From IMG/VR virus record IMGVR_UViG_3300042197_001007: a stretch of 64,000 bases of DNA. The stretch is one strand, 5' to 3'. A program made the translations under genes and the position numbers. The notes beneath the pieces are model-generated. The model saw nothing but the letters and a program-made list of their open reading frames with translations, was not told the origin of the DNA and searched no databases. This document shows positions 15,741 through 23,832 of this stretch, one piece after another. The stretch comes from a virus. Within the stretch, counting starts at the first letter, position 1. Each line of letters opens with the position of its first letter.

Positions 15741-15820
15741 AATTTACATTGAACTCTACATCCCAATAGAGAAAGCGCACTTCCCCCCTCTCAAGGGGCA
15801 ATCTCCTGGGCTCTAATTGT
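15741..15820 (-). ncRNA. structured 5' leader (riboswitch-like) of the RlpA-like gene
   Basis: Nested stems GAGC/GTTC, CCCAG/TTGGG, GAGA/TCTC, CCCCTT-GAGA-GGGGGG ending just before the ATG. Confidence 0.55.
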
Positions 15821-15872
15821 CACTCACTCTCTCATTATGAGAAAACCCGCCGAATTTGACGGGTATGAAATC

Positions 15873-15901
15873 ATTATAAGTGATTATTTAGGTTTTGTCA
15901 A
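15873..15901 (-). promoter_or_regulatory. sigma70 promoter with embedded CTAAATA
   Basis: TTGACA(15901-15896)-17 nt-TATAAT(15878-15873); CTAAATA at 15891-15885. Confidence 0.8.
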
Positions 15902-15936
15902 GATTTTCCTAAATACCCCTGGCAACGAGGGCACAG

Positions 15937-16176
15937 ATGAAACTCAATCTAAATAAGCTCATTTTTATCGTATGCGTATCAGCAGTTGGATTTGTTGGTC
16001 TCAACTTTGTTGCCTGTAACTTCATGATACCAGGATCTATCATTAGTGCTAATGTGTTAGGAGGACTAAAAAATCCTCCTCCCCTGGATTGTAAAGAATC
16101 CGAGAGAAGAGGATATGAAACTTTATTGGCAATTCTGACTACTGTAATTGCTCTAAGAACTAAAGTAGAAGATTAA
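15937..16176 (+). CDS. small membrane protein (79 aa), the only clear plus-strand gene
   Basis: Two hydrophobic segments; CTAAATA at 15909-15915 and GAGGG SD upstream; stop overlaps the lysozyme stop. Confidence 0.7.
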   Translation: MKLNLNKLIFIVCVSAVGFVGLNFVACNFMIPGSIISANVLGGLKNPPPLDCKESERRGYETLLAILTTVIALRTKVED

Positions 16177-16667
16177 GAAACCCAGAGTTTACCTTCTGCT
16201 TTTCTTCTTCTAAGTAATCCTGCTTCAACTTTGCTGCCAGGATTACGATACATCTCTAATACTTTTGGTACATCATTCCATTTGTGATCTTTGAGTATTC
16301 TTGAGATCGTGTCAAACCCAGGACTGTTAAAAAAGTTAGCCCCGAGATTGTAAGCAAAAGATAATAATGCTCCACGCTGGTTTTCATTCATCTCTCCCCA
16401 ATACGGTATTTTTGCGAGTGTTGGAATGTATTCTTTTTTAATTTGAGAGATTAGCAGATCATCAGCAACTTTTTGGGAAATCTTTTGACCGAGTTTAAAT
16501 GGTTTTCCATTAAAATCTCTGGTGCTTCCCCATCCTATAGTAATAGGTAATCCGCCAGTACGAGGGTCTGGATAAGCAGTTAATTCACAACCCTCAAATT
16601 CTTTAATGAGTTCTACTCCTTTTGCGGGTAAAGTGTATTTACCTGTAAAAGGAGTAGAACTTGTTAC
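16173..16667 (-). CDS. GH24 phage lysozyme domain, apparently reached only via a -1 frameshift
   Basis: Frame open 16676-16173: LIKEFEGCELTAYPDPRTGGLPITIGWG...QRGALLSFAYNLG...GLLRRRKAEGKLW; no ATG/GTG/TTG before the catalytic Glu. Confidence 0.85.
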   Translation of the reverse strand, partial: VTSSTPFTGKYTLPAKGVELIKEFEGCELTAYPDPRTGGLPITIGWGSTRDFNGKPFKLGQKISQKVADDLLISQIKKEYIPTLAKIPYWGEMNENQRGALLSFAYNLGANFFNSPGFDTISRILKDHKWNDVPKVLEMYRNPGSKVEAGLLRRRKAEGKLWVS

Positions 16668-16690
16668 TTTTTTGCATCAAAAATCCTTCC
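16610..16690 (-). promoter_or_regulatory. -1 programmed ribosomal frameshift signal
   Basis: GGAAGG(16690-16685), A-AAA-AAG(16673-16667), 6-nt spacer, 14-bp stem 16660-16647/16623-16610. Confidence 0.8.
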
Positions 16691-17365
16691 CCATCCATCG
16701 TTACCCTTAGGGCACCATCTACGAACAAGATCAGACTTTTTATATACAGCACCTTTGCCATTGGTTACAGCACCAGTGTATCCATCATTTAGTGAACCAT
16801 ATGGATCATTCACCACATAATCACCAGAAGGTGTCTTACCAATCACTACACACATGTGCCCACCAGTAGGAGCAGATAAAGAACCCCTGTGGAGAATACC
16901 AATAACAACGGGTCTGTTAGCAGCAAGCTCACGATCAAGGTCATTGAAAGTAAGACTATAGCTAAACTGTGACTGAATACCATAAGACGCCAGAGCACGG
17001 GTTTGAACCAAGTGATCTGTTGTATCACCGATTGAGAATACTTTTTGAACATAAGCATCATCACCCTTTGCTCCTTTTAAAGTACCAGGCTTGAAGTATT
17101 CAAGTACCATAGCACAAGCAGAAGAATTACAGGTTCTATCAGCATCTCTATAGTTGTCTGTCTGAGGAAAGAAAGGAACATCAAGAATTGATGTTCTTGG
17201 TTTGTCTGGTTGTGATCTAAAAATCTTCACCCAGTTTGCTGTATCTTCCATTTCTTCTGGTGCTTTTTTGTCAAGCGTCTTTTCCAGTTCTTCTACAGCA
17301 GCGCGATGTTTTGGGTTATTTTCATCGTAGTGTTTAAAAAAATTGTGAAGGTCAATCTTGGGCAT
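16664..17365 (-). CDS. C39-like cysteine peptidase with N-terminal helical domain (cell-wall hydrolase, start MPKIDL)
   Basis: LDVPFFPQTDN....TCNSSACAM, GHMCVVIG, VNDPYG catalytic Q/C/H/D pattern; GGAG SD 6 nt before ATG 17365. Confidence 0.85.
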   Translation of the reverse strand: MPKIDLHNFFKHYDENNPKHRAAVEELEKTLDKKAPEEMEDTANWVKIFRSQPDKPRTSILDVPFFPQTDNYRDADRTCNSSACAMVLEYFKPGTLKGAKGDDAYVQKVFSIGDTTDHLVQTRALASYGIQSQFSYSLTFNDLDRELAANRPVVIGILHRGSLSAPTGGHMCVVIGKTPSGDYVVNDPYGSLNDGYTGAVTNGKGAVYKKSDLVRRWCPKGNDGWGRIFDAKK

Positions 17366-17699
17366 TGGGTTCTCCATAGAGGTTTATAAAATATTCCGCA
17401 TCAACTACAACTAATGGACTTTCTCCATTCTTCTTTATAACCACAATTGGTTCATAATTTCCTTTGTTGGCAACAGCTTGTTTGTATGCCTCCCAGATAT
17501 TTAGTTTCTCCACATTCTTACACTCAATACTGTGAGGAAATTTTGACCTGGCATCCCTTGCCATAATTAGATCCTCACCTCCCGCGCCCATACTACGACT
17601 TTCAATATCTTCGGGATGAATATTAAGACATTCTATTAATTTTTCACGTACCCATTGTTGAAGACGACGACCTTTTGCTTTAGCAGATTGTGGACGCAT
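17352..17699 (-). CDS. PD-(D/E)XK nuclease, Holliday-junction-resolvase-like (115 aa)
   Basis: KAKGRRLQQ...GEDL...SIECKN.EKLNIWEAY.QA. Confidence 0.75.
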   Translation of the reverse strand: MRPQSAKAKGRRLQQWVREKLIECLNIHPEDIESRSMGAGGEDLIMARDARSKFPHSIECKNVEKLNIWEAYKQAVANKGNYEPIVVIKKNGESPLVVVDAEYFINLYGEPNAQD

Positions 17700-17700
17700 A

Positions 17701-17730
17701 ATAAAAAACCTCCTTCACGGAGGTATTTAT
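17701..17730 (-). promoter_or_regulatory. late promoter plus SD-sequestering hairpin
   Basis: ATAAATA then ACCTCC-GTGAA-GGAGGT containing the SD of the nuclease gene. Confidence 0.6.
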
Positions 17731-17868
17731 CTATTCAGTTAAACCAGGGGTCTGGAATTTTTTCAGTAGAATGTCTAATATCCACCTTTGTTGATGGTTT
17801 AGATTTTCTATATTCTGCTGCTGTTGTTCCAGTTTCTCCTGTATCTTTTTTATTTTTTTCTTTCTCAC
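17731..17868 (-). CDS. small ORF after nrdB; reading frame ambiguous (45 aa from GTG, or the 61-aa ORF-track frame)
   Basis: GTGA overlap with the nrdB stop; two frames open. Confidence 0.35.
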   Translation of the reverse strand: MRKKKIKKIQEKLEQQQQNIENLNHQQRWILDILLKKFQTPGLTE

Positions 17869-19043
17869 AGTTTAAAACCAGCGAAAGTATCTTTCTTAAC
17901 ATCTTGTTTAATGCTCCCAATTAAATAGCTCTCAACCTCTGTCTCTTGAGGAGCAACCTGCATTCCCTTAGAAGATAACCAATGCTCTGTCCAAGGAAGA
18001 GGATTGTTAATAATAGGAGTGTCAAAAATTGCTTTGAGACCGATAGACTTCAGACGGCGGTTAGCAGTCCACTCAACATACTTAGCAAGCAGTTTGTCAT
18101 TCAGACCAATAATAGATCCATCCTTGAACAGATATTCTGCCCATTGCTTTTCTTCATCAACACATTCTCTAAACATTTGATACACTTGTTCTTTCTCTTC
18201 TTTGGCAATCTGAACCATATCAGGATCATCACCTTCCTTCCATTTGTTTAGAATGTTCTGGGTGATGGTCATGTGTTGGCTTTCGTCTCTTGCGATAAGT
18301 CCGATGATTTTGGCACTTCCTTCCAAGAGTTTAAGTTCACCAAAAGCGAAAGAGCAGGCAAACGATACGTAGAACCGAATTCCTTCGAGGATATATACGT
18401 TCGCAACCGCTCGATATAGTTTTCTTTTGAGATCATAGAGTGTATCTTTTGCTGATGGTGTTCCTTCCAATTCGTGTTGCCATTGGTTTCCTGCTCCCCA
18501 TTCTGTTGCTGCCTGTAAAAACTCATCATATGAACGAGTTACAGAGCGAGCACGTTGAAGGATCTTATCATCATCAAGGATCGTATCAAACACCTCAGAG
18601 GGGTCAGCATAAACATTCTTGATGATATGGGTGTAGGAGCGACTGTGAACCATCTCCATCGTCTGCCAGATGTTCATAGCACCCTCAAGTTCAGGAAGGG
18701 AACAGTAAGGCATAAATGCCATACCAGGACCTCTACCCTGAACACTGTCAAGAAGAATTTGATACTTCAGATTGGAAGTAAAGATATGCTTTTGTGCGGT
18801 ATTTAAAGTTTGATAATCAGCACGATCTTTCTGAAGGGATACCTCTTCAGGTCTCCAGAAATATCCAAGCTGCTGTTGTGTCAGTTTGTCAAATACAGGA
18901 TACTTGAACTTATCATAACGCTGAACCCCCAGAGGAGGTCCAAAAAACATTTTCTGTTTTGTGGTATCAACTTTATTTGTGTTGAATACAGTCATACCTT
19001 CTACGTTTTGTGGTTCTGTAACTCTAAATTTTACAACTGTCAC
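17865..19043 (-). CDS. nrdB: ribonucleotide reductase class Ia beta subunit
   Basis: FWRPEEV, EMVHSRSY, LEGIRFYVSF, RDESQH di-iron motifs. Confidence 0.97.
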   Translation of the reverse strand: MTVVKFRVTEPQNVEGMTVFNTNKVDTTKQKMFFGPPLGVQRYDKFKYPVFDKLTQQQLGYFWRPEEVSLQKDRADYQTLNTAQKHIFTSNLKYQILLDSVQGRGPGMAFMPYCSLPELEGAMNIWQTMEMVHSRSYTHIIKNVYADPSEVFDTILDDDKILQRARSVTRSYDEFLQAATEWGAGNQWQHELEGTPSAKDTLYDLKRKLYRAVANVYILEGIRFYVSFACSFAFGELKLLEGSAKIIGLIARDESQHMTITQNILNKWKEGDDPDMVQIAKEEKEQVYQMFRECVDEEKQWAEYLFKDGSIIGLNDKLLAKYVEWTANRRLKSIGLKAIFDTPIINNPLPWTEHWLSSKGMQVAPQETEVESYLIGSIKQDVKKDTFAGFKL

Positions 19044-21345
19044 AATCTTCTTCCTCCGTTTTGAAAATGTCGTCTAATAGATCTTTGATTGAATTTTTCT
19101 TTTCTTCTTCTGTTAAGAGAAGTTCATCACTCTTGATGTCATATGTATTCTGATAGTATGAGGTCTTCCAACCATATTTGTAGGTCTTCAGAAGATCGCC
19201 AGCCATTACAGATACTGGAACTTCGTTGTCATCATAGTTTTCTGGATTATAACTCCAGTTACCAGAAATTGCTTGGTCAAAGAATTTCTGCATCGCAGCA
19301 ACGATTTTGATATAACCATCATTATCTTTCATGTCCCAAAGAAGAGTGTAGTTATTTTTGAGAGACCCATACTGCGGAACAATCTGCTTAAGGGGTCCTT
19401 TCTTACTCTTCTTAGTGGACATATAACCTCTTGGTGGTTCAATTCCGTTTGTGGCATTTGACACAACGGAACTGCTTTCTGAAGGCATTTGTGCTGACAG
19501 TGTGCTATGTCGTAATCCAAATGTTTGTATCTCGGAACGTAGAACTTCCCAATCATACTTCAGCGTTGGATCACAGAACTCATCAATGTCGCGCTTGTAT
19601 GTATCAATTGGGAGGATACCGTCAGCATATTTGGTTCTTGAGAAGTACTCACATGCTCCCTTCTCCTTGGCGAGGGTATTGGAAGACTTGAGAAGATAGT
19701 ACTGGAAAGCTTCAGTAAGGTCGTGGACGAGTTGCCATGCTGCTGGATCATCATAGTGTTCTCCTTGTTTTGCGAGATAGTGTGCCAATCCAATGTAACC
19801 AATGCCAAGAGAACGACGAGCTAGCGTAGATCTTCTGGCAGCAGCAACTGGATATCCCTGATAATCAATCAATTCTTCAAGACCGCGAACAGCAAGATCG
19901 CAAAGTTCTTCCAGATCATCAAGAGTTTTTAGTTTACCAACATTGATCGCAGACAAAATACAGAGAGCAATCTCTCCTTCTTTGTCATCAATATGATTAA
20001 TTGGATCTGTTGGCAGGGTAATCTCCTGACAAAGATTTGACATATTAACCTTATCTTTGAAAGAAGAGTGAGAGTTACAATGATCAATATTCATAATGTA
20101 AATGCGACCAGTCTCTGCTCTCTCCTTCAGGAGGTCCAGAATGAGTTCTTGAGCGCCAATAGTTTTTCTTGGAATAGTTGTATCTCGTTCAAAAGATACA
20201 TATAACTCGTCAAATCTATCAGTGCCAAAAGCATCATACAGACCAGGAACATCATGGGGAGAGAAGAGTGAGATTTCTTGATCTTGGATGAAACGTTCAT
20301 AGAACAGTTTTGAGATTTGAATTGAGTAGTCTAACTTACGAACACGATTATCTTCGGTTCCTTTATTGTTTTTTAATACAATAATATCTTCTATTTCTTT
20401 GTGCCAGATTGGAAAGTGGACAGTAGCACTTCCACCGCGAATCCCGTTTTGTGTACAGCATCTAACAGTTGCTTCAAACTTTTTGAGGAATGGGATAACA
20501 CCTGTATGAGTAACTTCTCCCCCTCTGATCTTGCTGTTGATGCCACGGATGCGACCTGCGTTGATACCGATGCCCGCCCTTTGACTAACATAGTAGCCGA
20601 TAGCCATGTCACTGCTAAAAATGCTATCGAGGGTGTCATCAACATCAACAAGAACACAGCTAGCAAATTGTCTGAGTGGTGTCCTAACGCCCGCCATAAT
20701 GGGGGTAGGGATGTTGATCTTGTGCTTTGAGATTGCGTCGTAGTATCTCTTGACATACTCTAACCTGTCCTTGCGATAGTTCTGGAACAAAGTCGCAGCA
20801 ATCATCATATACATGTATTGTGGAGTTTCATAAAGATCCCCACTGCTACGATCTTGAACGAGATACTTATCTACAACCTGACGTAAACCAGCATAGGTAA
20901 ATAAGAAATCTCTTTCATGATCAATAAAGCTGTTGATCTTGTCCCATTCTTCTTTAGTATATTTACCAAGAATTTCTTTGTCGTAAATTCCCTTCACAGC
21001 ACACTTGAAGGCATGATCCAATATGTGAGGATAACCATTCACCCAAGCAGATCCAAATACTTGTTTGCGAAGTCCGAATAAAAGTAGTCTGGCAGCAACA
21101 AATTGATAGTTTGGACTATCAAGGCTGATCAAATCACTGGCAGAACGAACAAGAATTTCTTGAATGTTTTTGGTTTCAATACCATCAAAGAATTGAAGAC
21201 CGGAATTCATTTCCACTTGAGAGGCACTCACACCGCTCCCTAACCCCTCGCAAGCTTCTTCTACCATCTTATGGATCTTATCAAGATTAAGAGGTTCTAC
21301 AGACCCATTACGCTTGCGAACTTGAATGTTGTATCCGTTTGTCAT
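19024..21345 (-). CDS. nrdA: ribonucleotide reductase class Ia alpha subunit
   Basis: N-terminal ATP-cone, ASCVL, SNLCQEI, C-terminal CDSCKI; uninterrupted. Confidence 0.97.
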   Translation of the reverse strand: MTNGYNIQVRKRNGSVEPLNLDKIHKMVEEACEGLGSGVSASQVEMNSGLQFFDGIETKNIQEILVRSASDLISLDSPNYQFVAARLLLFGLRKQVFGSAWVNGYPHILDHAFKCAVKGIYDKEILGKYTKEEWDKINSFIDHERDFLFTYAGLRQVVDKYLVQDRSSGDLYETPQYMYMMIAATLFQNYRKDRLEYVKRYYDAISKHKINIPTPIMAGVRTPLRQFASCVLVDVDDTLDSIFSSDMAIGYYVSQRAGIGINAGRIRGINSKIRGGEVTHTGVIPFLKKFEATVRCCTQNGIRGGSATVHFPIWHKEIEDIIVLKNNKGTEDNRVRKLDYSIQISKLFYERFIQDQEISLFSPHDVPGLYDAFGTDRFDELYVSFERDTTIPRKTIGAQELILDLLKERAETGRIYIMNIDHCNSHSSFKDKVNMSNLCQEITLPTDPINHIDDKEGEIALCILSAINVGKLKTLDDLEELCDLAVRGLEELIDYQGYPVAAARRSTLARRSLGIGYIGLAHYLAKQGEHYDDPAAWQLVHDLTEAFQYYLLKSSNTLAKEKGACEYFSRTKYADGILPIDTYKRDIDEFCDPTLKYDWEVLRSEIQTFGLRHSTLSAQMPSESSSVVSNATNGIEPPRGYMSTKKSKKGPLKQIVPQYGSLKNNYTLLWDMKDNDGYIKIVAAMQKFFDQAISGNWSYNPENYDDNEVPVSVMAGDLLKTYKYGWKTSYYQNTYDIKSDELLLTEEEKKNSIKDLLDDIFKTEEEDCDSCKI

Positions 21346-22340
21346 ACCTTTTTCCAATTGTTTAATTTGAGAGTTGCTTCTAATCCACTGTAGATATTAC
21401 ATTCTACTATATTTTGAACGTCTCGACCAGCAAGGGACATATCGTTCAAATCTTTTTCTACTACACCGTTAGGATAAATCACCACTGAATATCCTGCTTT
21501 AATTACCTTCTCATATTTTGCTACAATCTCTTTGTTACGTGGTTCATTATCAAATACAAATACAGTATCTTTTGAAAATTGAGACAATGAAACATCAGAA
21601 CCCGCCATTGCTAATCCGTTCTTTATGAACATACTATCAAAGGGTCCTTCTGTTACAAATAATCTCTTGTCGTAATTTACTCTGTCCTGTCCGAAAATCT
21701 TTGGTTGCCCTTCGTCCAGCATGATCGTGATGTATCTGAGTTTTGCTTTAGGAGCTAGCGATCTGCCTTGGTATCCAAAAAGGTTACCTTCTTTGTCTCG
21801 GAAAGGAATGATAATTCTGGGACTATCTTGACGAAGAGTTTCAAAGATTTTCTTTTGTTTATTTGTCCACTCTTTAAACTTTGGACAATAATAGAAATAA
21901 TCTAAATCTTTGATACCTCTATTTTCAAGATACTCTCTCGCCGGGTGAGAAATATTTAGGTCCGAAATTTTTTCAAGATCAATTGAATTTTCAGTTTTAG
22001 TGAAAAACTTTGGTTCCTGAAAATTAAAGACTGGGTTTGGAATTGTGGTTCCTTTGCCAGTCTTGCCATCCTTGAATTTTTCCATCACGTATTGATCATG
22101 AAGGAATGTGTCTTGGTCTTTTAGAAAGTTAGAGAGGGTTCTACCTGCTCCACAATTATGACACTTAAACACAAAATCATTCTTGATCTTGAACAAATAT
22201 CCTCTTGCCTTATTTCTACGCTTCTGACTATCTCCACAGTATGGGCACCTGAAATTATACAGGTCTGCTTTTTTGCGTGTAAAGAGAATAAGGCGAGAGG
22301 ATACAAGTTGAATGTATTTTACATCAATAAAAGAACTCAC
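21342..22340 (-). CDS. gp61: DNA primase
   Basis: CPYCGD...CHNC zinc ribbon, TOPRIM TEGPFDS, DNEPRN. Confidence 0.95.
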   Translation of the reverse strand: MSSFIDVKYIQLVSSRLILFTRKKADLYNFRCPYCGDSQKRRNKARGYLFKIKNDFVFKCHNCGAGRTLSNFLKDQDTFLHDQYVMEKFKDGKTGKGTTIPNPVFNFQEPKFFTKTENSIDLEKISDLNISHPAREYLENRGIKDLDYFYYCPKFKEWTNKQKKIFETLRQDSPRIIIPFRDKEGNLFGYQGRSLAPKAKLRYITIMLDEGQPKIFGQDRVNYDKRLFVTEGPFDSMFIKNGLAMAGSDVSLSQFSKDTVFVFDNEPRNKEIVAKYEKVIKAGYSVVIYPNGVVEKDLNDMSLAGRDVQNIVECNIYSGLEATLKLNNWKKV

Positions 22341-22771
22341 TTAACAAGGTCTATACTTTCCTGTATATTAGCATCTCGCTGAGGCATTGTCAATATACTG
22401 CCAAAAAATTCAGCAGATCCAAGAATTATGACCGCAGCCATAGATACTCCAACCACCATCCATCTAAATTTAATGAGTTCAACAACTCTATTTTCTACTT
22501 TTTCAATTCTTTCAATTACAGCAGCATGTTCTTTGCTATTGCTTTCGCGCATTTCTTCGACCATCTTAACGATTAGTTCGTCTGCGCGAATGCCTTGCTC
22601 TATTTTTTCCTCATGCTTTGCGAGGATAAGTGCGACTTTTTGATTACCTTCGCTAATTTTTTCTACCGCTCTTTCAAGTTTGTCAAGCATCTCTTTAGAG
22701 AGATCTTCATAGATCTGAAATTTTCCTTCTAGAACAGCAAGATCTTTTTGCTTGTCTAAACCGAATGGCAT
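22337..22771 (-). CDS. coiled-coil protein with C-terminal TM segment (start MPFGLD)
   Basis: GAGGAG SD; heptad pattern; WMVVGVSMAAVIIL hydrophobic helix. Confidence 0.7.
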   Translation of the reverse strand: MPFGLDKQKDLAVLEGKFQIYEDLSKEMLDKLERAVEKISEGNQKVALILAKHEEKIEQGIRADELIVKMVEEMRESNSKEHAAVIERIEKVENRVVELIKFRWMVVGVSMAAVIILGSAEFFGSILTMPQRDANIQESIDLVK

Positions 22772-22787
22772 TGTAGTAGTCTCCTCT

Positions 22788-23498
22788 TTAAACGTTGCGA
22801 ACAGCAAAGTCAAGAGCAGATTGGAATGTGGAAGCATCCTTATTCAATAGGTAACGGAACTGGTTTTGCTTCTCATCATCTAGCTGAGCATAACAAGCGG
22901 CAATGCGTTTTGCCGAGAAGTTGTCTAAGTTTTGAGTGCTGCCATCGCTAAACTGAATTTTAGCGAAAGAAGCTTCACCGCTTGGGTTCAACTCAGATGT
23001 TGCTACGTCTAAAGCAACCTGTATAACATCTTGATTTTCCATCATCATATTTCCCGTTGGTTCAAATGAGTTTTTTTGTACGCGCTTCTGCTGCTCAGAT
23101 GCTTTCTTTTTAAAATCAGCAAGACGAGCTTTCATGAGAGTATCCATTTCTCTCGTCTTGTTCATCATCTTTTCTTTCGCTTCTTTACGCTTCTTCTGAA
23201 GATCTTTCTGACGGTTCAGCTTCTTCATCTGACCGATTTGCTTTTGTGCTCTCTCTGTTTCAGAGGGAACTGCTTCAGAAATAATTTGTTCTTCTATATG
23301 TTCTTTCATTTTTCTGCGTTGAATACGATTAAAGAGAGCACGAGCACCTTTTGTGCGTCCGTCGATTTTTTCTTGGTTTGCCTTCTTATATCTACGATGT
23401 TGTTTAGGATTGATTAATACAAAAGCAGGTGGTAACTGAAGGGATGAACCATCACCGGCAACCATTTCATTTAGATTAAGTTCAGACTTTTCAGACAT
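22788..23498 (-). CDS. conserved hypothetical (probable structural) protein (236 aa)
   Basis: Full ORF in late-gene block. Confidence 0.7.
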   Translation of the reverse strand: MSEKSELNLNEMVAGDGSSLQLPPAFVLINPKQHRRYKKANQEKIDGRTKGARALFNRIQRRKMKEHIEEQIISEAVPSETERAQKQIGQMKKLNRQKDLQKKRKEAKEKMMNKTREMDTLMKARLADFKKKASEQQKRVQKNSFEPTGNMMMENQDVIQVALDVATSELNPSGEASFAKIQFSDGSTQNLDNFSAKRIAACYAQLDDEKQNQFRYLLNKDASTFQSALDFAVRNV

Positions 23499-23827
23499 TC
23501 CTGGTCAACATCCTCGTTAAGTGAAGGGGGTAATCTATTTAGAAACAACATAAATGCTCTAATTTGTGACCAATATGTTGCTTCAGTTTTATAAAAAAGC
23601 AGCGGTGTTGCTGCGTCATCAAATACATTATACAATACTATCACATGATTTAGAATGAGATGAGTTTTCAATTCACCCGTCGTTTCGTATCTCTTAAGTA
23701 ATCTTTTGATGTATTTGAAGCGTTTTAAGTCTTCTTCAAAATCAGCGTAAGTTACAGACGACGGGTTATGATAATTTTGAATGGCAAAGAACAACCAATT
23801 CTCATGATTTAATTCACTAATATTCAT
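23471..23827 (-). CDS. conserved T4-like phage hypothetical protein (118 aa)
   Basis: EFEEDLKRFKYIKRLL-like and LILNHVIVLYNVF patterns. Confidence 0.8.
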   Translation of the reverse strand: MNISELNHENWLFFAIQNYHNPSSVTYADFEEDLKRFKYIKRLLKRYETTGELKTHLILNHVIVLYNVFDDAATPLLFYKTEATYWSQIRAFMLFLNRLPPSLNEDVDQECLKSLNLI

Positions 23828-23832
23828 TTAGA

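Noticed and set aside
16173-16391. 72-aa ORF-track lysozyme starting at MNENQ as a standalone gene
   Set aside because: It lacks the catalytic E/D/T region, which lies upstream in the same frame.
16639-16677. ATG at 16677 as the lysozyme start
   Set aside because: Wrong frame; it gives only MQKSNKFYSFYR-stop.
17865-21345. Introns or inteins in nrdA/nrdB (also checked gp43, gp41, gp17, gp20)
   Set aside because: All are continuous ORFs of normal length without splicing or homing motifs.
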